From positions 12,130 to 76,129 of the forward strand of contig CACYYS010000001.1 of the NCBI GenBank assembly GCA_902778725.1: a stretch of DNA of 64,000 bases, in the 5' to 3' direction. Of the stretch, positions 35,190 through 44,125 are shown one piece after another; the stretch's first letter is position 1; each line of letters starts with the position of its first letter. The DNA comes from an uncultured Ruminococcus sp. Lineage in GTDB: Bacteria; Bacillota; Clostridia; Oscillospirales; CAG-272. The position numbers and the translations under genes are program-made. The notes below the pieces were generated by a model. That model did not search any database. It saw only the letters and a program-made list of their open reading frames with translations, and had not been told where the DNA came from.

Positions 35190-36028
35190 GGCAGTTCCTT
35201 TCCGGCGTGTTCCGCCTGCTTGGGGGTTTTCCCCGTATATTTCTTATAGATGCGGTAGAAGTGTGAGGTATCGTAAAAGCCGAGGGTCTCGGCGATCAGA
35301 TCGGTGGTCCAGAGGGAGGAGGAGAGCAGCTCCTGGGCCTTGCGGACGCGGAGACGGTTGCGGTATTCGGAGGGGGAGAGCCCGCCGGAGAACTGCTTGA
35401 AGCGGGCGCGGAAATAGCTCTCGCTGAGGAAGCACATCCGCGCGAGTTCGGCGACGGAGAGGTCGGCGGCGGGGTTGTCCTCGAGGGCGCGGACGGCGGG
35501 GGTGAGATTCTCGAATCCGAGGCGGGCGCTGTCCGCGGAGAGGGAGGAGAAGAGGCGGGCGAAGACGGAGAAGCAGCAGCTCTTCATCTCCGCGGGGGTG
35601 GAGGAGGGACGGATGAAGCAGTCGAACGCCGCCCGGAAGGCGCGTCCGAGGGAGCCGGAGCGGTCCTCGGAGAAGGCGAGGGGAGAGTCGTTTACTACAA
35701 GGCGGCAGCCGGCGGCGTCGGTGAGGCGGAAGCGGATGCAGAAGGTCTGCCCCGTCCCGCCGCCGGCGTGCGTTTCCGAGAGGTAGGGGGTCTTTTCCGC
35801 GATGAAGACGGCGCCGGGGGAGGAGAGGGAGACGACGGGGTCCTTTTTTCCGGGAACGTAGATGTTTTTCCCGCCCTCCGCGGTATAGGAGAGGATGTTC
35901 TCCCCTCTGCCGCCGGAGAGGTAGTTGTTGCGGTTGCCGTCCTCCCAGCGGCGGGAGACGGCCGCCGCCGCCCCGACGTTGAAGTCGGTGCGCGCCAGCT
36001 CGGCGAAGGTGAGGGCCCGTTCCGTCAT
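35186..36028 (-). CDS. AraC-family transcriptional regulator
   Basis: Only the last 280 aa of the 1224-aa track ORF are credible. ATG at 36028 has a GAGGTG RBS. C-terminal LSVAELARMCFLSESYFRARFKQFSGGLSPSEYRNRLRVRKAQELL...IAETLGFYDTSHFYRIYKKYTGKTP. Confidence 0.85.
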   Translation of the reverse strand: MTERALTFAELARTDFNVGAAAAVSRRWEDGNRNNYLSGGRGENILSYTAEGGKNIYVPGKKDPVVSLSSPGAVFIAEKTPYLSETHAGGGTGQTFCIRFRLTDAAGCRLVVNDSPLAFSEDRSGSLGRAFRAAFDCFIRPSSTPAEMKSCCFSVFARLFSSLSADSARLGFENLTPAVRALEDNPAADLSVAELARMCFLSESYFRARFKQFSGGLSPSEYRNRLRVRKAQELLSSSLWTTDLIAETLGFYDTSHFYRIYKKYTGKTPKQAEHAGKELP

Positions 36029-36145
36029 AGTCACCTCGTGAAAACCGTCGATTTTTACAATCGCATCATCATTTATTACATTGTAAACCATTTTGCGCCG
36101 GATTACAATAGGATTGCTAAATTTTCCTTTCAGGAGGTATATGCT

Positions 36146-37540
36146 TTGCTTTCTTATCGGATCAAGCTCGGCATCGTTCCGGTCAGGCGCGACGTAACGC
36201 CCCGTCCCGGCATCTTCAACTGGGAGGTGGCGGAGCGCCGCGGCCGCGAGCTGACCGAGACGGTCATCGCCCGGTACGGCGACGAACAGACGGAATTTGT
36301 CGATATCAAGGGGATCAACCCGGTCGACGTCATGATCAACGAGGACGACGCGCAGAAGATCATCGAGCGCTTTACGGCGGAGAAGGTGGACGGCGTGTTT
36401 TTCATCAACGCGAACTTCGGCAACGAGGAGGCGATCGGCGTGGTCGCCGCGGCGCTGAAGGTCCCGGTCTGCATCTGGGCGCCGCTCGACGACCGGTTCG
36501 ACGCGGACGGGATGCGCTATACAGACAGCCAGTGCGGCATCTTCGGCGTCAGCCGGATGCTGCAGCGGCGCAACGTCCCCTTCTCTCATATCGAGACCTG
36601 CCGGGTGGATTCCCCGGCGTTCGCGCGGGATCTCACCCGCTTTGAGAACGTCGTATGCATGGTCCGCAACTTCCGCACGCTGAAGGTGGCGCAGGTCGGG
36701 ATGCGTCCGCGTCCCTTCTGCTCGGTCATCTTCAACGAGGGGGAGCTGATGCGCAAGTTCGACATCCGCACCATCCCGATCAACCTCGCCGTCATCATCG
36801 ACAAGTACAACCGGATCCTCGAGACGAGAAAAGAGGAGCTGGAGAAGGGCAAGGAGCTGCTCCTCTCCCGCTACGAGATGGACGATCTCACCCCCCCGCT
36901 GCTCGAGAAGGTCTACGCCTTTGTGCTGCTTTACGAGGAGATCTTTGAGGAGTACGGCGTCGGCGCGATCTCGGCGGAGTGCTGGACGGCGATGCAGCTC
37001 GCGGTTGGCGCGATGCCCTGCACGGCGTACAGCGTGCTGGCGGACAAGGGGTATCTGATCAGCTGCGAGAGCGATATGCACGCGGTGATCACGATGGTTC
37101 TGCTCGCCTCCGCCACGAGAGGGAGGAAGATCCCCTTCCTCGGTGAGTTCACCGTCCGCCATCCGGAGAACGAGAACGCCGAGCTGCTCTGGCACTGCGG
37201 GCCGTTCGCCTATTCCCTGAAGGCGCCGGACAGCAAGGCGAAGAACGTCAATATGCGCCAGTGGTTCCGTGTGAATGACGGCTCCTACACCGTCGCGCGC
37301 TTTGAGGAGGACAACGGCGTTTACCGCATCCTCAACGGCACGGCGAAGGCGACGACCGGCCCCTACACCTTCGGCACCTACCTCTGGGCGGAGTTCGACG
37401 GACTCAAGCGCTGGGAGGACAAGCTGATCGACGGGCCCTACATCCACCACTGTGTGGAGGTGGAGGGGGACGTCACCGCCGAGATCGCGGAGTTTTGCCG
37501 CTACATCCCCATGCTGGAAAACGATCCGATGGATCGCTGA
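36146..37540 (+). CDS. L-fucose/L-arabinose isomerase-family sugar isomerase
   Basis: No ATG in frame. TTG at 36146 lies 8 nt after AGGAGG (36132-36137). YLISCESDMHAVITMVLL and the overall layout resemble FucI-family proteins. A promoter-like TTGTAA-17-TACAAT is at 36081-36109. Confidence 0.65.
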   Translation: MLSYRIKLGIVPVRRDVTPRPGIFNWEVAERRGRELTETVIARYGDEQTEFVDIKGINPVDVMINEDDAQKIIERFTAEKVDGVFFINANFGNEEAIGVVAAALKVPVCIWAPLDDRFDADGMRYTDSQCGIFGVSRMLQRRNVPFSHIETCRVDSPAFARDLTRFENVVCMVRNFRTLKVAQVGMRPRPFCSVIFNEGELMRKFDIRTIPINLAVIIDKYNRILETRKEELEKGKELLLSRYEMDDLTPPLLEKVYAFVLLYEEIFEEYGVGAISAECWTAMQLAVGAMPCTAYSVLADKGYLISCESDMHAVITMVLLASATRGRKIPFLGEFTVRHPENENAELLWHCGPFAYSLKAPDSKAKNVNMRQWFRVNDGSYTVARFEEDNGVYRILNGTAKATTGPYTFGTYLWAEFDGLKRWEDKLIDGPYIHHCVEVEGDVTAEIAEFCRYIPMLENDPMDR

Positions 37541-37561
37541 CAAATAGAAAAGGAGAAAAAA

Positions 37562-38986
37562 ATGACAGATTTCCTCTTTACCCAGGTGCTGACGGAGCTT
37601 GAGGACGCCGTCGGCCGTGAGAACTGTTCCACCCGGGACATCGACAAGCTGACCCACGGGGTAGACTACTTCTGGCTCTCCCGTATGTGGGCGGACCGCG
37701 GGCTGCGGATGCCGGAGGCGGACTACATCGTCTCCCCGAAGAACGCACAGGAGACCTCCGCGGTCCTCAAGATCGCAAACTACTACAAGATCCCCGTCAC
37801 CACCTGGGGCGGCGGCGGCGGAACGCAGGGGGGCGCCATCCCCGTGGCGGGCGGCATCCTGCTCGATACCAAGCGGATGGACGCGATCACCGATTTCAAC
37901 GAAAAGGGGATGTACATCGAGTGCGGCGCCGGCACGATCTACAAGCACCTTGAGTGGAAGGCGAACGAGCGCGGCTACGCGACGATGCACTATCCGTCCT
38001 CCCTCACCTGCTCCACGGTCGGCGGGTTCCTCGCCCACCGCGGCATCGGCGTCGTCTCCACCAAGTACGGCAAGATCGACGATATGGTCCTGCAGATGGA
38101 GGTCGTCCTGCCGGACGGCACGATCATCCACACCTCTCCCGCGCCCAAGCACGCGGCGGGTCCGGACCTCAACCAGATCTTCATCGGCTCCGAGGGCACG
38201 CTCGGCGTGATGACCAAGGCCCAGATGCGCATCTACGATATGCCGGAGGAGCGGCGCTTCCGCGGCTTCCTCTTCCGCAATATGTCCGACGCGTTCGACG
38301 CGGCGCGCGAGCTTCTGCAGAAGTTCAAGCCCAGCGTGATGCGTCTCTACGACCCGGCGGAGACCGCCTCGCTGATCAAAAAGATCGTCGGCGTGGAGCG
38401 CGACGGCGCCTTCATGAACGTGGCGATCGAGGGCGTCTCCGAGATGGTCGAGCTCGAGCAGAAGATCCTGCTCTCCACCTTTGAGAAGTACGGCGCCGAG
38501 GACCTCGGCAGCGAGTACGGGGAAAAATGGTGGAAGGAGAAGATCACCTTCTTCTATCCCGGCCATATGATGGATCTGCCGCAGATGTTCGGCACGATGG
38601 ACACCATCGCCCCCTACGGCAAGATCGAGGAGATCTACTGGGCGATGAAAAAGGCGATCGAAACGAACTTCCCGCAGGCGAAGTTCATCGCGCATTTCTC
38701 CCACTGGTACGAGTGGGGCGCGATGGTCTACGACCGCTTCATCGTGGACGGCAAGGACGTTCCGACCGACCCGAAGGAGGCGATGCGCCTGCACAACGCG
38801 ATCTGGAACTGCGGCGTCCGCACGGCGATCGCGCACGGGGGCGTCGTCAACGACCATCACGGCGTGGGCATCAAGCTCGGCCGCCTAATGAAGGAGCAGT
38901 ACGGCCCCGCGATGAAGGTCTTTGAGGGACTGAAGAGAGAGCTGGATCCGAACGGGATCATGAACCCGTTCAAGCTCGGACTGTAA
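37562..38986 (+). CDS. FAD-binding oxidoreductase (GlcD / FAD-linked oxidase family)
   Basis: IVSPKNAQETSAVLKIANYYKIPVTTWGGGGGTQGG...STVGGFLAHRGIGVVSTKYG...HHGVGIKLGRLM. Confidence 0.85.
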   Translation: MTDFLFTQVLTELEDAVGRENCSTRDIDKLTHGVDYFWLSRMWADRGLRMPEADYIVSPKNAQETSAVLKIANYYKIPVTTWGGGGGTQGGAIPVAGGILLDTKRMDAITDFNEKGMYIECGAGTIYKHLEWKANERGYATMHYPSSLTCSTVGGFLAHRGIGVVSTKYGKIDDMVLQMEVVLPDGTIIHTSPAPKHAAGPDLNQIFIGSEGTLGVMTKAQMRIYDMPEERRFRGFLFRNMSDAFDAARELLQKFKPSVMRLYDPAETASLIKKIVGVERDGAFMNVAIEGVSEMVELEQKILLSTFEKYGAEDLGSEYGEKWWKEKITFFYPGHMMDLPQMFGTMDTIAPYGKIEEIYWAMKKAIETNFPQAKFIAHFSHWYEWGAMVYDRFIVDGKDVPTDPKEAMRLHNAIWNCGVRTAIAHGGVVNDHHGVGIKLGRLMKEQYGPAMKVFEGLKRELDPNGIMNPFKLGL

Positions 38987-38998
38987 GGAGGAACGAGA

Positions 38999-40090
38999 AT
39001 GTCATTTTCAAGTAAATGCCGCGAAACGGCGGACGCCTGCCGTTTCTGCTGGATGTGCCGCCATATCTGCCCGATCGGCAACACGACGGGGCAGGAGAGG
39101 AACACCGCCCGCGCCCGCGCCCTTTCCCTCTCGCTTGTCGGGAGAGGGGCGGCGGAGCTGAAGGGCGACCTTGTGCAGAACGTCTATGAGTGCGCGCTCT
39201 GCCGCGCCTGCACCGAGGACTGCAAGACCGGATGGGATCCGGTGATCTTCACCCGGGAGGCGCGCCGCGAGGCGGTGCTCGCGGGCGAGGAGCCGGAGGC
39301 CGTCCGTCTCCTGCTGGAGACCTACGGGAAGACCGGCCATATCTACGGCGCGGAGCCGAAGAACAAGGCGTTTTCCGACGCCGCGCGCCGTCACGCCGCA
39401 AAGACCGACACCCTCCTTTACCTCGGCAGCGACGTCCGGCATTTCGCCAAGGACAAGGCCCTCGGCGCGATCGCGCTCCTCGAGCGGGCAAAGGTCTCCT
39501 TCACCGTGCTTGAGAAGGAGCCGGAGAGCGGACGGCAGCTTTCCTTCCTCTGCGGGGACACCAAGGAGACCCGCGACGCGATGCAGGCGGCGGCGGAGCT
39601 GTACTCCGGCTATAAGACCGTCGTCTTCTACGATCCGGAGGATGCCCGCACCGCAAAGCAGGACGCGCCGGAGCTCGGGATCACCGCTAAGGCGAAGCTT
39701 GTGACCTTCCCCGCGTATCTCGAGACCCTGATCGGCAAAAAGCTGAAGGTCAAAAAGAGCGAAAACGTCTACACCTTCCAGGATCCGGCGGCGCTTGCCC
39801 GCGCGCTGGAGGACGTTTCCTCCGCCCGGGCGGTCCTCGCCGCCTGCGGAGAACTGAAAGAGATGCTCCTCGCGGGCAAAGAGACGGTGCTGGCGGGCGA
39901 TCTGATCCTGGATCGCTACCTGCACGAGGTCGTGCTCGGGATGGCGAGGAGGAGATGGGACGAGGCCGTCAACATGGGCGCAAGGACCCTCGTTACGGCG
40001 GACACCGCCGAATATCTCGCCCTCTCGGCGACAAAGCCGAAGGGCGTGCGCGTCATCACGCTGGAGGAGGCTGTTGCGGAATGCTTGTAA
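38999..40090 (+). CDS. (Fe-S)-binding protein with two ferredoxin-type cluster motifs
   Basis: CRFCWMCRHICP and CALCRACTEDC (CxxCxxCxxxC). Sits beside the FAD oxidase, as in GlcD/GlcF-like pairs. Confidence 0.7.
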   Translation: MSFSSKCRETADACRFCWMCRHICPIGNTTGQERNTARARALSLSLVGRGAAELKGDLVQNVYECALCRACTEDCKTGWDPVIFTREARREAVLAGEEPEAVRLLLETYGKTGHIYGAEPKNKAFSDAARRHAAKTDTLLYLGSDVRHFAKDKALGAIALLERAKVSFTVLEKEPESGRQLSFLCGDTKETRDAMQAAAELYSGYKTVVFYDPEDARTAKQDAPELGITAKAKLVTFPAYLETLIGKKLKVKKSENVYTFQDPAALARALEDVSSARAVLAACGELKEMLLAGKETVLAGDLILDRYLHEVVLGMARRRWDEAVNMGARTLVTADTAEYLALSATKPKGVRVITLEEAVAECL

Positions 40091-40914
40091 GTCTGAGAGA
40101 GATCCTTTGCGAAGCGGAAAAGGGCGGCTACGCCGTCCCCGCCTTCAACGTCTATAATATGGAAACGGTCATGGGGGTCCTGCACGCCGCGGAGGCGGCC
40201 CGCTCCCCCGTGATCATGCAGATCTATTCCCGTCTCTTCGATTCGGAGAACGGGAAATTCGCGGGCGCGAACATCCTCGCCGCCGCAAAGTACGCGACCG
40301 TCCCCGTCGCCTTCCACCTCGACCACGGCGCCACCGAGGCGCAGGTCATCGGCGCGCTGGACGCCGGCGCGACCGGCATCATGATCGACGCGTCCAAACT
40401 GGAGTTTGACGACAACGTCGCTGTGACGCGAAAGATCGTCGCGCGCTGCAAGGCGGCGGGCGATATCGCCGTCGAGGGGGAGCTCGGCCACGTCGGGACC
40501 ACCAAGGAGGAGATCGGCGACAACTATACCGAGCCGGAGGCCGCCCGCCGCTTTGTGGAAAAGACGGGGGTCGAAGCGCTCGCCGTCGCCGTCGGAACGG
40601 CGCACGGCCGGTACAAAAAGGCGCCCAAGCTGGCGATCGAGCGGACCCGCGAGATCAAAAAAGCGGCCGGCGTCCCGCTTGTGCTGCACGGCGGCAGCGG
40701 CGTGCCGGACGAGGAGATCCGCGCCGCGATCGGAGCGGGGATCCGGAAGGTGAACTTCTCCACCGACCTCTGCTACTCCTTCCTCGATACCGTCTTTGCG
40801 ACCAGCCGCGAGTGGGTCGGCATCGACCTCTTCATGCGGGACGCCGTCAAGGCGGTCGAGGATTTTGCGCTCTCGAAGATCGCGGTTCTCGGCTCCGCCG
40901 GACAGGCAAAATAA
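40081..40914 (+). CDS. Class II ketose-bisphosphate aldolase family protein (IolJ/GatY-like)
   Basis: ORF trimmed to the ATG at 40081 (MLVSLREILCEAEKGGYAVPAFNVYN). LDHG, GELGHVG, VGTAHG and VLHGGSG motifs. Confidence 0.85.
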   Translation: MLVSLREILCEAEKGGYAVPAFNVYNMETVMGVLHAAEAARSPVIMQIYSRLFDSENGKFAGANILAAAKYATVPVAFHLDHGATEAQVIGALDAGATGIMIDASKLEFDDNVAVTRKIVARCKAAGDIAVEGELGHVGTTKEEIGDNYTEPEAARRFVEKTGVEALAVAVGTAHGRYKKAPKLAIERTREIKKAAGVPLVLHGGSGVPDEEIRAAIGAGIRKVNFSTDLCYSFLDTVFATSREWVGIDLFMRDAVKAVEDFALSKIAVLGSAGQAK

Positions 40915-40924
40915 GGAGAGGGAT

Positions 40925-41833
40925 ATGGCAAGGATCGTCGGCATCGGCGCAAACGTACACGACACCCTGATCACCCTGCCCGCCTACCCCGCGGAGGATA
41001 CCAAGCTCCGCGCGGAGAGGAGCATGGAGGTCGGGGGCGGCCCCTGCGGCACCGCGCTCGTCGCGGCGGCCAAGCTCGGCGCGGACTGCGCCAGGCTCGG
41101 GCAGCTCGCGCTCGACCGGGGCGGGGATTTTCTCGCCGCGGATATGGCGCGCTGGGGCGTGGACGTCTCCCTGGCAAAGAGGAGGGAAGGGACCTCCTTC
41201 TCCTCCTGGATCTGGCTCTCGGCGGCGTCGGCGACGCGCACCTGCGTCTTTGACCGCGGCACCCTCCCGCCGCTCATCCTCGACCCCGCGCAGAAGGAGG
41301 CGATCGCCTCGGCGGATCTCCTGCTGCTCGACGGCAACGAGATGGCGGCGGCGATCGAGGGGGCGAAGATCGCCCGGGAAAACGGCGTCAAGGTCCTGCT
41401 CGACGCGGGCGGCCGCTACGCGGGGATCGAAGAGCTGCTCCCGCTCGTCGACCTTCTGATCCCGAGCGAGGAGTTCGCCCTCGGGATCACGGGGAAAACC
41501 TCGGTGCGCGAGGCGGCGAGTGAGCTTCTTCGCCGTTTTGCGCCCGAGACGCTCGTGATCACCTGCGGCAAGGAGGGCGGCGTCATCCTCGATAAAAAGG
41601 GATACCGCTCCTACCGGGCGTACAAGGTCAAGGCGGCGGATACCAACGGCGCGGGCGACGTTTTCCACGGCGCGTACGCCTACGCCTTTACCGCGGGCAG
41701 AGGAGGAGCGGACGAGTGCGCCGCCTTCGCCTCCGCCTGCTCGGCTCTCAAATGCACCGGCGCGGGCGGCGCCCGGCAAAGCACGCCGACCCTGCCCGAG
41801 CTGGAAAAATTTATCAAGGAGAATGAAAGATGA
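40925..41833 (+). CDS. PfkB-family carbohydrate kinase (IolC-like)
   Basis: ORF trimmed to the ATG at 40925 (MARIVGIG) after AAGGAGAGGG. DTNGAGDVFHGAY motif. Confidence 0.85.
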   Translation: MARIVGIGANVHDTLITLPAYPAEDTKLRAERSMEVGGGPCGTALVAAAKLGADCARLGQLALDRGGDFLAADMARWGVDVSLAKRREGTSFSSWIWLSAASATRTCVFDRGTLPPLILDPAQKEAIASADLLLLDGNEMAAAIEGAKIARENGVKVLLDAGGRYAGIEELLPLVDLLIPSEEFALGITGKTSVREAASELLRRFAPETLVITCGKEGGVILDKKGYRSYRAYKVKAADTNGAGDVFHGAYAYAFTAGRGGADECAAFASACSALKCTGAGGARQSTPTLPELEKFIKENER

Positions 41834-42618
41834 AACTCAAAAAGCACTGGAACGGTCAGTACGGCAAGTCCGCGTTCATCAAAAACGGCACCCTCGGCAT
41901 GATCGAGCTGGATATGCTCAAGCTCCGCGAGGGCGAGCAGAAGCATTATTATGAAACGGATAACAAGGAGTACGGTCTGATCATCCTCGGCGGCAAATGC
42001 TCGGTCGTCGGAGAGGGATTCGCCTTTGAGCATATCGGCAAGCGGAAAAACGTCTTCGACGGGCCCGCCGCCTCCGTCTATCTGCCGAGAAACTGCGACT
42101 TCACCGTGACGGCGGAGGAGGGCGAGGTCGAGATCGCCGTCGCCAAATGCCCGGCGGAAAAGGATTTCCCGCCCAAACTCGTCAACCCCGAGGACGTCAT
42201 CATCAAGCACCTCGGCAAGGACGGCTGGAAGAGGGAAGCGCACTTCAACATCGACGAACGGCTCGACGCCAACCTGATCTATATCGGAGAGGCGTGGACC
42301 GAGGGCGGGATGTGGTCCTCCTATCCGCCGCATAAGCACGACGACAACAATATGCCGGAGGAGTCCTTCATGGAGGAGCTGTACTTCTACCGCTTCGACA
42401 AGCCCACCGGCTTCGGCATCCAGCGCGTCTACACCAAGGAGGGGGACATCGACGAGACCTACACCGTCAAAAACGACGACGCCGTCGAGATCCCGCGCGG
42501 TTATCACCCCTGCACCTGCGCGCCGGGCTATAAGCTCTACTACCTCTGGATCATGGCGGGCAAGATCCGCGGCTTCAACATGACCACGGACGAAGACCAC
42601 AAGTGGCTGAACAAGTAA
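41830..42618 (+). CDS. 5-deoxy-glucuronate isomerase (IolB) family cupin
   Basis: GMWSSYPPHKHDDNNMPEESFMEELYFYRF...GYHPCTCAPGYKLYYLWIMAG. ATGA overlap with the kinase gene. Confidence 0.75.
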   Translation: MKLKKHWNGQYGKSAFIKNGTLGMIELDMLKLREGEQKHYYETDNKEYGLIILGGKCSVVGEGFAFEHIGKRKNVFDGPAASVYLPRNCDFTVTAEEGEVEIAVAKCPAEKDFPPKLVNPEDVIIKHLGKDGWKREAHFNIDERLDANLIYIGEAWTEGGMWSSYPPHKHDDNNMPEESFMEELYFYRFDKPTGFGIQRVYTKEGDIDETYTVKNDDAVEIPRGYHPCTCAPGYKLYYLWIMAGKIRGFNMTTDEDHKWLNK

Positions 42619-42637
42619 AAGACGAAAGGGCGTTTCG

Positions 42638-44116
42638 ATGAAATACCTTCTCGGCGTTGACTTCGGCGGCGGGTCGTCGAAGGCGACGCTTCTCGCGGAG
42701 GACGGGACGGTCGCGGCGGAGAACGCCGTCGAGTATCCGACCCGCTACCCCGCTCCCGGACAGGTGGAGCAGGACCCGGACGACTGGTACGCCGCCACGG
42801 CGGAGAACGTCCGCGCCCTCATGGAGAAGAGCGGCGTCTCCCCCTCGGAGATCGCCGCGCTCTCCCTCGACGCCGCCACCCATACCGCCGTGCTCTGCGG
42901 GGAGGACTGCCGTCCCCTCCGCCCGGCGATCTATTGGACGGACACCCGCTCCGCGCCGATCGCGGCGCGCCTGCGGGAGGAGTGCGGCGAGCGGATCTTC
43001 TCCCTCGCGCTCTCCCGTCCCGATCCGATCTGGACCCTCCCGCAGCTGATCTGGGTGCGGGAGAACGAGCCGGAGATCTTTTCCGGGATCCGGCACATCT
43101 TCTTTGCAAAGGACTACGTCCGCCACCGCATCACGGGCGACTTTCTTACCGACAGCATCGAGGCGCAGGGCTCCATGCTCTGGGATAACGGCGCCGGCCG
43201 CTGGTCGGAGTTCCTCTGCTCGCTCGCCGGCGTCCCGGCGGCGGTCCTGCCGCGCGTCGTCCGTCCGACCGATCTTGCCGGGACCGTCACGGCGGAGGCG
43301 GCGCGGGAGCTGGGTCTTCCGCAGGGGCTCCCCGTCCTTGCCGGGATGACCGACACGGCGGCGGAGGTCTTTGCTTCCGGCGCCGTCGAACGCGGGAATA
43401 TGACGGTCAAGCTGGCGACCGCCGGCCGGATCTGCGTCATCACCGACCGCGCTTATCCCTCCGATTACCTCATCAACTACTCGCATATCTCCGACGGGCT
43501 CTGGTATCCCGGCACGGCGACCAAGGCATGCGCCTCCTCGCTTCGCTGGTTCCGCGATACCTTCGGGGACGGGACGGACTACCCGGCGCTCGACCGCCTT
43601 GCGGCGGAGACCCCTGCCGGAGCGGACGGTCTGCTCTATCACCCCTATCTCAACGGCGAGCTCACCCCCTACGCCGACCCGCAGCTCTGCGCCTCTTTCA
43701 CCGGCTTCCGCGCCGGGCACACGAAGGGGCACTTTGTGCGCGCGGTGATGGAGGGCGTGGCGCTCTCGCTCCTCGACTGTCTCCGGGCGCTCGACTCCCT
43801 CGGTCTGCCGCGGGACGGCAGGGCCGCCCTGATCGGCGGCGGGGCAAAGAGCCCCCTCTGGCGGCAGATCGTCGCCGACGCGCTCGGGATGGAGCTGGAG
43901 GTCCGCCGCTCAAGCGACTCCTCCCTCGGCTCCGCGATGCTCGCGGGCGTCGCCGCCGGGGTCTGGAACACGCCCGCGGACGCGGCGCGCGCCTGCTCCG
44001 TTACCGTCGCGGCCGCCTCCCCGGATCCCGCCCGCACCGAGCTTTACGCAAGCCTCTTTGAAAAGTATAAGGTCATCCACGACGCGCTCGCGCCCGTTTA
44101 CCGCGGCGCAAGATAA
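42638..44116 (+). CDS. FGGY-family sugar kinase (xylulokinase-like)
   Basis: MKYLLGVDFGGGSSKATL...QDPDDWY...HPYLNGELTPY...GGGAKSPLWRQIVADALG. Confidence 0.85.
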   Translation: MKYLLGVDFGGGSSKATLLAEDGTVAAENAVEYPTRYPAPGQVEQDPDDWYAATAENVRALMEKSGVSPSEIAALSLDAATHTAVLCGEDCRPLRPAIYWTDTRSAPIAARLREECGERIFSLALSRPDPIWTLPQLIWVRENEPEIFSGIRHIFFAKDYVRHRITGDFLTDSIEAQGSMLWDNGAGRWSEFLCSLAGVPAAVLPRVVRPTDLAGTVTAEAARELGLPQGLPVLAGMTDTAAEVFASGAVERGNMTVKLATAGRICVITDRAYPSDYLINYSHISDGLWYPGTATKACASSLRWFRDTFGDGTDYPALDRLAAETPAGADGLLYHPYLNGELTPYADPQLCASFTGFRAGHTKGHFVRAVMEGVALSLLDCLRALDSLGLPRDGRAALIGGGAKSPLWRQIVADALGMELEVRRSSDSSLGSAMLAGVAAGVWNTPADAARACSVTVAAASPDPARTELYASLFEKYKVIHDALAPVYRGAR

Positions 44117-44125
44117 GGAGACGGA

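Noticed and set aside
36029-36091. Longer AraC start at the ATG at 36091 (MVYNVINDD...)
   Set aside because: That ATG lies inside a TTGTAA-17-TACAAT promoter-like element on the same strand. The 63-nt extension is AT-rich, unlike the coding DNA. The ATG at 36028 has a proper RBS.
36029-38860. Upstream 944 aa of the 1224-aa minus-strand ORF
   Set aside because: Only the C-terminal 280 aa (AraC, from the ATG at 36028 with a GAGGTG RBS) are credible. The rest is antisense to the isomerase and FAD-oxidase genes and crosses an AT-rich promoter region.
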